This document shows, in pieces, positions 9,606 through 18,424 of a stretch of 64,000 nt of DNA; position 1 is the stretch's first letter, and every line of letters starts with the position of its first letter. This DNA comes from a virus. The stretch is from IMG/VR virus record IMGVR_UViG_3300035158_000293, positions 59,799 through 123,798 of that record, one strand, 5' to 3'. Below the pieces are notes generated by a model, which did no database searches, was not told the DNA's origin, and saw only the letters and a list, made by a program, of their open reading frames with translations. The position numbers and the translations under genes are program-made.

Positions 9606-10027
9606 TGGCTTTCGGTAGTTTCCGTTTCGGCCTCCTTTCTGGCGATAGCTTCCTCTGCCTGCTGTCGATCATGGGCTTTTTGGTGGTAAAAACCGACGGC
9701 GAAAAGCGCCTGATCTTCCGGGCTTTGCTGTGTCGGGAACCGCTCTATTCGATTCATTACGTCTGTCACCCGCTGGTCAATCGCGTGGCCTGCCGCCACA
9801 ATCGCGGGGTTGCGTGATCTCTTGAGTTTCGCAATGTGGTAGCGAGCCTTCGGGTTCATCTCGGAAAAAGCTTGATCCGGTACGACCGCGGCGTTACGGA
9901 AAAACTGCTCGGCAACCGTCCGCTGTATCTTGAAAATGGCTTTGTACTGCAAAGTGTCGTAGATAGCCAGCAAACGCCCACACAGGTAGGCGGGGTGGTT
10001 ATTGTTGTGGTCCAATTGCGCTTCCAC
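9602..10027 (-). CDS. cas11c: Cas11c small subunit from an internal in-frame start within cas8c
   Basis: GAGGAGG-GCAAC-GTG in frame, just before LDHNNNHPAYLCGRLLA. This is the known position of hidden Cas11 in I-C systems. 141 aa. Confidence 0.75.
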   Translation of the reverse strand: MEAQLDHNNNHPAYLCGRLLAIYDTLQYKAIFKIQRTVAEQFFRNAAVVPDQAFSEMNPKARYHIAKLKRSRNPAIVAAGHAIDQRVTDVMNRIERFPTQQSPEDQALFAVGFYHQKAHDRQQAEEAIARKEAETETTESQ

Positions 10028-11446
10028 GTTGCCCTCCTCTAAATCATTCAAACATACCCGCAGAAGTGCAAGTTTCTGTGACGCCCTCTGCATAGGGTCA
10101 GTACAAAAAATCCTTTCCAACAACCGTGAGAGCACTCGTCGGTCGAGCGGTTCGTTGAACAGCGCCCGCCACACCAAACTCTGCTGGATGTGGTCCTCTG
10201 GACTTTTACCTTTTGTCGCCGCACCCTCCATTGCGGGGTCTGCAAGTGTTTTTTGTAGTTTCCACAATGCGGGCGCTCGAACAAAGCGTCCGCTGTAGGG
10301 GCTCTGAACTCGCACGTCGTGGAACCATTGCCACACGTTTTCGTATATCTCCCCTATGGTGTTGTCATCGTACCGCCGCACGATCATGCGGGACATGTTC
10401 GCTGTAACGGTAAGTGAGTGAAAGCGCAAATCCGTAACCTGTGGTAGTGGTTCCGATTCTGTTCCTGCACCAAAAACTTGACACAACGTCAAACCCTGCT
10501 TCGGAGCATCCAGAACAGCACTTACAATGTCCGGGTCGGGGTTGTTCACGAACTCCATCGGAGGGTGTAAAACAGGTTCGTCGGTCCAGCACAGTAGTGC
10601 CGCGCCCCGGATATTGTATCGCGTTCGCACCTCTTTCTCGGACCTGTACCGGAGCAGATCGTTCAACGCCATAACATACGCTTTGGATGCTCGTATGCTC
10701 ATCGGGCAGTTTTGATTTTGTTTCCATCCAAACGACTCGAACGCCGCACGATTAAACGATATGAGCGATACACCCGAAGGCATACCCCCGATATTGGTGC
10801 AATGTTTGATTTTATCGTGCGTCCGCGACAACGGTCCATACTCCCCCGTCACAATACAGTATCCGTGCCCCGCGGAAGCGTGGCGTTCGAAAACACCCTC
10901 CTCGTAGTAATCTGCCCAATACTGTCGCAGGGCCTCACGCTCGACCACAGGTTCAGGTGAAGTGCTTCCGGGGATTGCGCAGTATAACGCCAACCGATTG
11001 TTGGCTACAACACCTCGTTCAACAGCTAACTCTCTGGCCTTTTTGACCACTTCGGGGTCCGCATAGAACGCCACACACGCCTTAACCGCTGGATCGTCGG
11101 TAACGTCTGCGATTGTATTCCACAATTCAACCGAGGCAACGTGACGTTCGTTGTGATTTCGCTCTTTACCTTCCGGTGTCCATGCGGGGTCCGCCCCCAA
11201 AATATACTGCACCGCGTCGCACCCCGGTAGTGGGTACAACCCGCCGGACCTGTGGTGCGGAGATTTGGGGGCTGAAAGGGTTGTTTGACCTTCCGGTGCA
11301 ATATCTTCAAAAGGCATAATGTCCACAAGCCCGCCTTTTGCATCGAGAGCAACTACGAAGTGTACCAAACCCTCTTCAAACGCTGGGTTGTTCAACTCGT
11401 CAGACAGGTTGCTTTCCGCATAGGCACACAAAGCCTTCAAATACAT
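9602..11446 (-). CDS. cas8c: Type I-C large subunit Cas8c (Csd1)
   Basis: Lies between cas5c and cas7. Motifs CIVTG..RTHDKIK, GVSLISFNRAAFESFG..Q, AYVMALNDLL, PAYLCGRLLA, FAVGFYHQ. Start moved to MYLK at 11446 (GGGGGG RBS). Confidence 0.92.
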   Translation of the reverse strand: MYLKALCAYAESNLSDELNNPAFEEGLVHFVVALDAKGGLVDIMPFEDIAPEGQTTLSAPKSPHHRSGGLYPLPGCDAVQYILGADPAWTPEGKERNHNERHVASVELWNTIADVTDDPAVKACVAFYADPEVVKKARELAVERGVVANNRLALYCAIPGSTSPEPVVEREALRQYWADYYEEGVFERHASAGHGYCIVTGEYGPLSRTHDKIKHCTNIGGMPSGVSLISFNRAAFESFGWKQNQNCPMSIRASKAYVMALNDLLRYRSEKEVRTRYNIRGAALLCWTDEPVLHPPMEFVNNPDPDIVSAVLDAPKQGLTLCQVFGAGTESEPLPQVTDLRFHSLTVTANMSRMIVRRYDDNTIGEIYENVWQWFHDVRVQSPYSGRFVRAPALWKLQKTLADPAMEGAATKGKSPEDHIQQSLVWRALFNEPLDRRVLSRLLERIFCTDPMQRASQKLALLRVCLNDLEEGNVEAQLDHNNNHPAYLCGRLLAIYDTLQYKAIFKIQRTVAEQFFRNAAVVPDQAFSEMNPKARYHIAKLKRSRNPAIVAAGHAIDQRVTDVMNRIERFPTQQSPEDQALFAVGFYHQKAHDRQQAEEAIARKEAETETTESQ

Positions 11447-12147
11447 CGCAATTCCCCCCACGCCTTCCTGTCCAAAACCACGAAGGGGTCTGTATTGATG
11501 ACCCCATCACGCATGACCGCTCGGTAGAACACGGGCGTGTTGTGGCCGTTTTCCCTGTAGACGATGCCGTACAACATTGTCCCCAAATCCTTCGTGACAG
11601 GAATGGGGGTGCCTTCATCGCCTGTCAGACACGTTATGTTTGCGGCATACTCTCGACATCCGAGGTACGGTTGGTGAAACTGTTGCCCCTCCCGTAAGCG
11701 ACGCAGGAACATCTCCTTGTATTTGGTCGGTCTGCTCTGTTTGTCCGCTCGATGAACCTTCGGATATGCCGTCACAATGTAGTCAACGTCCCGCAAGATT
11801 CGCCCTGTGCGGTTTGTTGTGTGCCTCGCTTGTCCCGCACCGCCCGGCTGTGGTCGGTAGGTGGAGGGGTCGCCCATCCACCGCTTTACCGTGCGCGGAG
11901 CAACTTTATTGAGGAGTTCGTTCGTCGCAAAGCTCTGCCATTTGATGGGTTTCAACACCGCAATGCTGGTGATTATCCAAATGAATTCGGGCTTCCCGAG
12001 GATAGCCCGCAGAGCACCGCGTAGTGCAGACGGTGTCGGCACCTCGTAGGATACTCGTTCAGCCTTCCCCTCGGGTCGTGTGAAACACGCCAAAGCCCCT
12101 CTGATCCTCACCGTTACGCTCGCGTGTTTTTGTCTTGTGGTAGTCAT
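11437..12147 (-). CDS. cas5c: Type I-C Cas5c (Cas5d), crRNA-processing subunit
   Basis: GALACFTRPEGKAERVSYEVPTPSALRG, KPIKW, NEL, LRDVDY, PYLGCRE, DLGTML. Start at MTTT 12147 (AAGGGGG RBS). Confidence 0.95.
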   Translation of the reverse strand: MTTTRQKHASVTVRIRGALACFTRPEGKAERVSYEVPTPSALRGALRAILGKPEFIWIITSIAVLKPIKWQSFATNELLNKVAPRTVKRWMGDPSTYRPQPGGAGQARHTTNRTGRILRDVDYIVTAYPKVHRADKQSRPTKYKEMFLRRLREGQQFHQPYLGCREYAANITCLTGDEGTPIPVTKDLGTMLYGIVYRENGHNTPVFYRAVMRDGVINTDPFVVLDRKAWGELRCI

Positions 12148-12169
12148 GCACACCCCCTTTTTTATTTTT

Positions 12170-12198
12170 AGTTTACCCGGTGGAGCGAGTTTTGTCAA
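12170..12198 (-). promoter_or_regulatory. Sigma70-type promoter of the cas operon
   Basis: TTGACA-17bp-TAAACT with T-rich upstream tract, about 22 bp before the cas5c ATG. Confidence 0.8.
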
Positions 12199-12239
12199 GA
12201 AAAAGCAAGAAAAAAATTTAGGCGCACATGCAATCACGG

Positions 12240-12659
12240 TCAATAAGTGCGTTCCTGAAAGGTTTGGCGCATTCTATCTACGACAAATTGGATAACGTGC
12301 TCCATTAAAGAACGTATAACCAACTGTCCGTGCTCCTCCAACAGCTCTTTGGCGGCTTGTGACACAATTTCGCTACCCCAACTGCCAACGCTCGCACCCC
12401 CACTCGTACCTTCGCTATCCAAGTACTCCTTAACAGCTTCCTTGAAGTAGTCTCGCACCTCTTCCTTGATCATTTCCCGTAAAAGTGAAGGCTTGCTCTC
12501 ACCGCCTTTTTTGCGGGGCTTGGTGAATTCTTCGATCTCTTGCTGGATTATCTGGTTCCGAGTGTCTTCGTCCATCGTTTCAACAAGGCTCTCGCGAATT
12601 GCTGCTTTCACACGAGAAGACCACACATCCGCAAGGTCTGGTTTAACATTGTAACCCAT
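12240..12659 (-). CDS. Hypothetical protein
   Basis: ORF with GGAGG RBS before MGYN. Confidence 0.6.
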   Translation of the reverse strand: MGYNVKPDLADVWSSRVKAAIRESLVETMDEDTRNQIIQQEIEEFTKPRKKGGESKPSLLREMIKEEVRDYFKEAVKEYLDSEGTSGGASVGSWGSEIVSQAAKELLEEHGQLVIRSLMEHVIQFVVDRMRQTFQERTY

Positions 12660-12705
12660 GACTACCTCCTTCATGTTTGTTCCACAAAACGCGCACAGCC
12701 GTAGC

Positions 12706-13026
12706 TCACGTTGTTTTCTTGGGTCTTATGATGCGTTTCTTGCCCGGTCGTTTGCCGATGCGTTTTACGACCTTCTGTGGCTTTTTTGGTTTCTTCGGTT
12801 TCTTCGGTTTTCTAATCCGTTTTTTAGCGCGGTGAAGGTTATCGTACCGGTCAACGTGCAGTTTGCCGTCAGCATCTTTGACTTGGCAACATACCTTACT
12901 TTTGCCTGCACGCCCCACGAGGGTACCTGATCGTCTTACTACCTCCCCCGAGGCCCGGTCAAAAAACGTGAAGAGAACGCGGTCGCCCGGTCTAAAGCCG
13001 TGTGTATCAAAGGCTTCACCCGCCAT
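12706..13026 (-). CDS. Hypothetical protein with SH3-like start and Lys-rich tail
   Basis: FRPGDRV motif, KPKKPKKPKKP tail, GGAG RBS. Confidence 0.55.
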   Translation of the reverse strand: MAGEAFDTHGFRPGDRVLFTFFDRASGEVVRRSGTLVGRAGKSKVCCQVKDADGKLHVDRYDNLHRAKKRIRKPKKPKKPKKPQKVVKRIGKRPGKKRIIRPKKTT

Positions 13027-13330
13027 TGTCTTCTCCATCGGCCTCTTGAGCACCCGACAACCGAGCCAACGCAAGGGTCAAGCTCCGCGCCGTGTAGCCC
13101 TCATTCTCCACTACCACATGCGACAACGCATCCACCGCACTATCAACCGCATTTTCCAGCGCGACGGCATCCCCTGCCTCAACCAACGCCCGAAAGTGAT
13201 CTGCGGTAACACCACAAAATACCCGTACCAGCGTCGTGTCACCGAGTTTGATCTCAGCATAAAGATCGGAAGAGTAGTCCATCTTGCTGCCCCCAGTCAG
13301 TTTAACCGGTTTGTCATGTCGCGATGCCAT
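13016..13330 (-). CDS. Hypothetical protein
   Basis: ORF directly downstream of the promoter at 13361-13389, with GGGGG RBS. Confidence 0.5.
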   Translation of the reverse strand: MASRHDKPVKLTGGSKMDYSSDLYAEIKLGDTTLVRVFCGVTADHFRALVEAGDAVALENAVDSAVDALSHVVVENEGYTARSLTLALARLSGAQEADGEDNGG

Positions 13331-13360
13331 CACAGCCCCCTGAACAATGTGTGTTTCTTC

Positions 13361-13389
13361 ATTATACCTTACGAAGGCAGTTCTTGCAA
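13361..13389 (-). promoter_or_regulatory. Sigma70-type promoter
   Basis: TTGCAA-17bp-TATAAT. Confidence 0.7.
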
Positions 13390-13601
13390 AGTTTTTTTCG
13401 CGTTTCTTCGCTCACAGGGAGAATCTTTCTTATTTTCCCTGTGAGATAACAGGTTGTAGTCACCCGATCCCCCACCCCCACTTCCTCTTCGGTTATGAGG
13501 TGGAGAACACCTTTATTACTGTAAGTGTAAAGACTTACGATTTTGTACCCTGTTAAATCCGTCTGTTGCGCTTCGTTGTCTGCTACACGTATTTTTGACA
13601 T
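13362..13601 (-). CDS. Hypothetical protein
   Basis: Short ORF (MSKIRV) after the MTase stop. Its start codon lies within the palindrome copy at 13595. Confidence 0.45.
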   Translation of the reverse strand: MSKIRVADNEAQQTDLTGYKIVSLYTYSNKGVLHLITEEEVGVGDRVTTTCYLTGKIRKILPVSEETRKKLCKNCLRKV

Positions 13602-13605
13602 TGTG

Positions 13606-14877
13606 TCACACCCCCAAACGTACAAGCGGAATTCTTGCTCGTGCTTGTGCAATTTTTGCACTTCCCAAATCTTTCTCAATTAACACAAAGTCGTACTCCA
13701 AACGCTGGGCCGCAAGTCCTGTTGTTCCTGAACCGGCAAACGGGTCCAAAAGCAAACCGCCCTCGGGAGGTTGTACGAGCTTACACAAATACTCCATGAG
13801 TGCAAGCGGCTTGACTGTTGGATGTTTGTTGACTACACGACCATCGTCTGTGCGTTCCTTTCGTGAGGCTTTCGCGCAGTAAAAGAACCGCGCAGCACTA
13901 CCTTCGTCCCCGAACGTGTCCGTCGCGACCGTATCAGGCTTCCATTCCCCGTACACATTCTTTCCAGCACTCTCGGACATCTGCCTGCGCGTCCCTTTCT
14001 TCATGAACCCGCTTTTTGTGTTCGGGAAGTGTTGTAGAACCTCAGCGCTCCCGTCGTGGATCAGGTTGGCGGGGAAGCGGCCTTTTTTGGAAGCACGCAA
14101 CCCTCCTTGTGCAGTAGGATCACCCTTACCCACTAGCCCCATAAACTTATCCGACATAAAACCAGCGCCAGAGGCACCATCCTGCCTAACCCAACCCGGA
14201 CCATCCACTCTACATCCGTCTATGTTTAAGCCAGCTACACCATGCTCAAGTGCGTTTTGTGCGTATGTTCCATCGAGCGGTTTCATGCAAAGCCACCAAC
14301 ATTCTACGGATGGCTTGAGTGCCGTCCCCCAGCCATCCCAAAGTTGGGCAGCGTGAGTGGCGGGGGCGGTGATGTCCAGCACGTTCTCGCCCTTTTGGTA
14401 TTCCCCCGGACGATAGTTGTGATCTTTGGCGTTACTACGATTGAGGTGCTCTGTGCCACCACCTTTCCTTCGAACTTTAGCAATCACCTCCCGCTCCGCA
14501 CCAGCGGCCTTGTCTAGTGCCTTTGAGATGTCATGGTTTTTGGGGAACCCCTGTCCTGTAACGTAGTAAACACAATCCCTTACAACAAAACCTGCGTCCT
14601 CTAATCCCATAGCGGTCCAATGGCTCGTGCGAGGGAGCGCCCAACACAGACAATGTGCGCCGGGTTTTAGAACCCGCAGGACTTCCCCCATAACAAGTGT
14701 CAACCACTCAATCCATTTGTCCCTACCTCCTTTGTTTGAATCCCATTGCTTGCCCATGAATGAGATTCCGGCGGGAGGGTCGGTGACACATGCGGTGAAT
14801 GTGTTGTCCGGGAGCCGCTTCAAGACATCCAAGCAGTCTCCGTTGACTACGGTGTTTTTTATGTCATGGAGAATCAT
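13606..14877 (-). CDS. DNA methyltransferase (N4-C/N6-A, beta class)
   Basis: NGDCLDVL..TDPPAGISFMGKQWD, LRVLKPG, GFPK, GRFPAN, HPTVKP, LDPFAGSGTTG. Confidence 0.92.
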   Translation of the reverse strand: MILHDIKNTVVNGDCLDVLKRLPDNTFTACVTDPPAGISFMGKQWDSNKGGRDKWIEWLTLVMGEVLRVLKPGAHCLCWALPRTSHWTAMGLEDAGFVVRDCVYYVTGQGFPKNHDISKALDKAAGAEREVIAKVRRKGGGTEHLNRSNAKDHNYRPGEYQKGENVLDITAPATHAAQLWDGWGTALKPSVECWWLCMKPLDGTYAQNALEHGVAGLNIDGCRVDGPGWVRQDGASGAGFMSDKFMGLVGKGDPTAQGGLRASKKGRFPANLIHDGSAEVLQHFPNTKSGFMKKGTRRQMSESAGKNVYGEWKPDTVATDTFGDEGSAARFFYCAKASRKERTDDGRVVNKHPTVKPLALMEYLCKLVQPPEGGLLLDPFAGSGTTGLAAQRLEYDFVLIEKDLGSAKIAQARARIPLVRLGV

Positions 14878-15272
14878 TCCGAACCCTCTTGTGTGCTTGG
14901 TATCACCAGCTTTGCGTCAAGAGCCTCTAATTCTTGCAAGCATTGAACCACACGGCTCATTCGTTGGAGATTGTCCAACCCCGCGCTTGCATTCAAAATC
15001 TCAACACCCGCAGATGGGAGGAACCCAAGGACGAACTTGCTACACCCGACACACTTGTACGACCGCAGGAAACAGACCCTATCAGGTTTAGCTATCCCCT
15101 TGCTGATAGCCCATTGGTTTGTGGCCGTATGATAGCGGGATGCAACACCGTAGCGCTGCAACACTTCCTCGACCTTCCGTTGCATCTCAGGTTGTACAGC
15201 GCGGGGATGACCGCTGTCAGCCGAAACCTGATCAAGGTCAACTGGCCCCTCTGTATGTCCCTTTTCAGTCAT
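14874..15272 (-). CDS. Hypothetical protein
   Basis: ORF with AGGAGG RBS, coupled to both neighbours. Confidence 0.55.
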   Translation of the reverse strand: MTEKGHTEGPVDLDQVSADSGHPRAVQPEMQRKVEEVLQRYGVASRYHTATNQWAISKGIAKPDRVCFLRSYKCVGCSKFVLGFLPSAGVEILNASAGLDNLQRMSRVVQCLQELEALDAKLVIPSTQEGSE

Positions 15273-15609
15273 GCCGCGCCTCCTGCCCGTGTTTTGATCC
15301 CGCTTTGTTGCCCCAACTCTCGTGCCAGTAACGCGCAACTGGCCATAGGGCCGCACGACACCGACCACCCTTGTACCTATAAAATACAATCCAAAAGTGC
15401 GTACCTACCTGCACAGCGTGTGGTAGGGACTCAAATCTGGCCTTGGCTATTTGACACACTACGCCGACCCCTTCAGGGCCTATAAATTCAACATACCAAT
15501 CCGCCCCGTTTGCAGCCTCGCCCTTAACCTCTGCATCGTAAGATTCAACCACTTCGGTCAGGTGTTCGGGGTATTTCCACGCAAACTTCTCCTCACCTGC
15601 GTTTTTCAT
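15265..15609 (-). CDS. Hypothetical protein
   Basis: ORF with GAGGAGG RBS. Confidence 0.6.
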   Translation of the reverse strand: MKNAGEEKFAWKYPEHLTEVVESYDAEVKGEAANGADWYVEFIGPEGVGVVCQIAKARFESLPHAVQVGTHFWIVFYRYKGGRCRAALWPVARYWHESWGNKAGSKHGQEARHD

Positions 15610-15624
15610 ACGACCTCCTCGAGA

Positions 15625-15885
15625 CTAATCGTAAACAAGCTTTGGAATGCGCAGGCGTGTATCGGCTGGCCGTGTGGACATCTCTAACCGGAGAGTCGTA
15701 AGTTCCGCCTCTATTTGGCGTAACCTTTCCTCTATCCATTCATTGTTGGGTGTCCAGTCGGTGCGCTTGTAAAGCCTAACCTCCCGACAGTCACAAGAAC
15801 CTACGGGACACTTACCTTCCCGGTTCCATAGACATTCAGAACATTCGTGGTGAATGTCTTTGGCCAGTTTGTTGTGGTGAAACAT
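15625..15885 (-). CDS. Small Cys-rich hypothetical protein
   Basis: ORF with GGAGG RBS; CSECLW..CP..C.C. Confidence 0.55.
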   Translation of the reverse strand: MFHHNKLAKDIHHECSECLWNREGKCPVGSCDCREVRLYKRTDWTPNNEWIEERLRQIEAELTTLRLEMSTRPADTRLRIPKLVYD

Positions 15886-15905
15886 CTCTCCCTCCCTACC
15901 GGGGG

Positions 15906-17709
15906 CTAACAGAAACGCACAAGCGGAACCTGCACTCTGTTCTGTGCCACGCGAGCGCTGTTCAACTCTTTCTCAATCAACACAAAGTCGCAACCCACAC
16001 TACGAGCCGCGAGCCCTGTTGTTCCTGAACCGGCAAACGGATCGAGGATAATCCCGCCAGTCGGCGTCCGTACCAATTTGCACAAATACTCCATAAGTGC
16101 AAGCGGCTTGACTGTTGGATGCTTGTTGACTACGCGGCCATTGTCTGTGCGCTCTTTTTTATTTACCTTGGCACAATAGAAGAACCGCGTTGTGTTCTGC
16201 GAATGGTACGGGCACGGGTCCATGTCCTTCACCTTCTTGAACATGCCCTCGCTTTGCTGTTTAGTCAAAGGAGGATCACACGTACCGTCCGCTTCTCGCC
16301 ATGCACAGTTAGCGCACGAGGGTTCGACGTCGGGATCACATTGCTGGAAAAATCTTGATGCTCCACCCTTGTCGCCATGTTGGTTATGTGGACCGCCCTC
16401 ACCACGAATAAACCCTGTTATGCCATCACTACTGTAACCGCCAACCTTGCGCTTCATAGCACCTGATTGTGTGACACCACTCTGGTCGTCCAACAGACGT
16501 ACCGGGCAATCAGGGTGGCACTCCCACACCTCCACCGTTTCTTTGCCGTCAGCGTCGCCGTGACAAGGGCCACACGGTTCTTTTCCGCCTTTTTCGGCTC
16601 CCACGTTGGCAAAGCCGCCCGGACGCTTTCCTGAGCCTCCTGCGCGTTTGTCACCTCTCACTTGTGTAGTCCCTCTGCAACGACACGCTGGGTGGTGTGT
16701 GAGAATTATGTTGGCTGGCCAACGACCTTGTTTGTGGGCTCCTGTCGGTATCGCGTTTGTCTCGGGACGATCTTCTCGACCTTCCGCCGTTCGCCACGCA
16801 TTGAAATTACGACCGCCGCCCGGAACGGGTGATCCGGGGTTGATTCTACACCCGTCAATGTTCAGACCAGCTACACCATGCTCAAGCGCATTTTGAGCGT
16901 ATGTCCCATCGAGCGGTTTCATCGCCACAATCACGCTTTCCCATGCTGGTTTGAGTGCTGTCCCCCATCCGTCCCAAAGCTGGGCAGCGTCGGTGGAGGC
17001 TTCGTATACATTCCCGCTGTGTGCCAACCCGTAGATCGTCCCGTCGCCCCGTCTATCAGTCTTGACGCCTCTTCGTGTGAGGCGCAAGTCCTCTGCTCGA
17101 ACTCTGTCCCTCCACTTTGGCGACACTCCCAACCGATCAACAAGGATGTTGTATGCTTCAAGAGACGGAACACGAAAGCCGTGATCGGTTCTTTCCCAGT
17201 TGTCTGTCACATAACCGTACTGAGGGAACCACCCCTTCAATTCCCGGCGCGACACACCCGCTTGTTCGCGGCACATCCGTATTTCTTTAGCCAGCTCTTT
17301 TCTCGCTTGTAGGTGTAGAGCCGACCGACCTCCCGCCTTGTCAATCGCCTTCGCAATGTCATGGTTTTTGGGGAAGCTAACCAGAGCCATACAGCCACAT
17401 AATGCAATCGCGGATTTCGAAACCCGCATCTTCGATTGCACATGTCAGCCGATGGCTCGTTCTGGTCCCTCCGAAGGCCAGTAGATGTCCGCCGGGCTTG
17501 AGTACACGGAGAACCTCTTTCCAGTAAGTCTCCCCCGGCACGCCGTGATCCCAATCCTTACTCATAAAAAATAATCCATATGGCGGGTCTGTTACACAAG
17601 CATCAATACAAGCGTCAGGAAGACGCTTCAAAACCTCCAAGCAATCTCCATTGACTACGGTATTCAAAACATCGTTAAAGCACACCGTTGACAACCTCCT
17701 ATCGGCCAC
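15906..17709 (-). pseudogene. Second beta-class DNA methyltransferase split by a 4-nt insertion (TAGC), with an inserted HTH domain
   Basis: ORF 17377-17709 has TDPPYG..WLYGSG*. ORF 15906- resumes FPKNHD..HPTVKP..DPFAGSGTTG. The junction reads GGT TAG C TTC CCC. Confidence 0.85.
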
Positions 17710-18016
17710 CTCGCTTAACAGCCCTACAAAGCCGACCGCAAATACCTTGGCCTTTGGGAGATAGAACGATAAGGCTCGCGGCTCTGTGTTTCACTTTGAC
17801 TGCATCGACACGTTCATTTGCCTCGTCGTGATCTGCATAGAACTCCACGACGTTCAAACCTTTAAGCAAGCGATCTGCGTCCACCTCGATGTAACGAAAT
17901 GGCAAGGGTGAGAAGTCGGAAGTTACGACGTAAACTTGAGGTAGCCCTTCTATGAGAAAGAAAGAGTAAAGGAGTCCCGAGTAGGATTCGGGTTCTTTTT
18001 GTGAAGTCAGTCGCAT
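17699..18016 (-). CDS. Hypothetical protein
   Basis: Tightly packed ORF in the operon. Confidence 0.5.
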   Translation of the reverse strand: MRLTSQKEPESYSGLLYSFFLIEGLPQVYVVTSDFSPLPFRYIEVDADRLLKGLNVVEFYADHDEANERVDAVKVKHRAASLIVLSPKGQGICGRLCRAVKRGGR

Positions 18017-18019
18017 GGC

Positions 18020-18316
18020 TCACATGTCCTCAAATGTTAAGGGCTGTGTGCTCGAGGTGTCGCACGCTGTACACCCCGAAGTATTGACCTCTCTCGGGCG
18101 TCTACGTCTGTTTGAACGAATAATTGCCGCACGCCCAAGTTTTTTTGCAGTTACTACGAAGGGAGGTATCTTGGCTTTGGATTGGCACTTACTGCACACA
18201 TCAACATTACAACGAAAACATACCCCATAAGACCAAGCTTCCACCTCCACCAAGTGACGCATGACGTTTTCCTCTGCGCCGCAGTAATCGCAGTACCTTA
18301 CCAAACGCTCTCCCAT
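18020..18316 (-). CDS. Zn-finger hypothetical protein
   Basis: YCDYCG..DVCSKC. Confidence 0.5.
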   Translation of the reverse strand: MGERLVRYCDYCGAEENVMRHLVEVEAWSYGVCFRCNVDVCSKCQSKAKIPPFVVTAKKLGRAAIIRSNRRRRPREVNTSGCTACDTSSTQPLTFEDM

Positions 18317-18341
18317 GTTGCTTACCTTTCAAGCGTGTCAA

Positions 18342-18414
18342 AGCTGGGGATGGGAATTGAACCCACAACCCCCGGTTTACAAAACCGGCGCTCTGCCAAT
18401 TGAGCTACCCCAGC
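18342..18414 (-). tRNA. tRNA-Thr(TGT)
   Basis: GCTGGGGTAGCTCAATTGGCAGAGC; anticodon arm CCGGT-TTTGTAA-ACCGG; GGTTCAATTCC. No encoded CCA. Confidence 0.95.
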
Positions 18415-18424
18415 GTGGTGCAAT

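Noticed and set aside
9052-9817. ORFs crossing the CRISPR array
   Set aside because: Their repeated peptides are just translations of the repeats.
8171-12147. CRISPR-associated transposon interpretation of the Cas3-less locus
   Set aside because: No tnsABC/tniQ, integrase or transposon ends are recognisable in the window.
17377-17379. Genome-wide amber recoding
   Set aside because: Readthrough would not restore the frame, long genes are intact in the standard code, cas7 ends plausibly at TAG, and no suppressor tRNA was seen.
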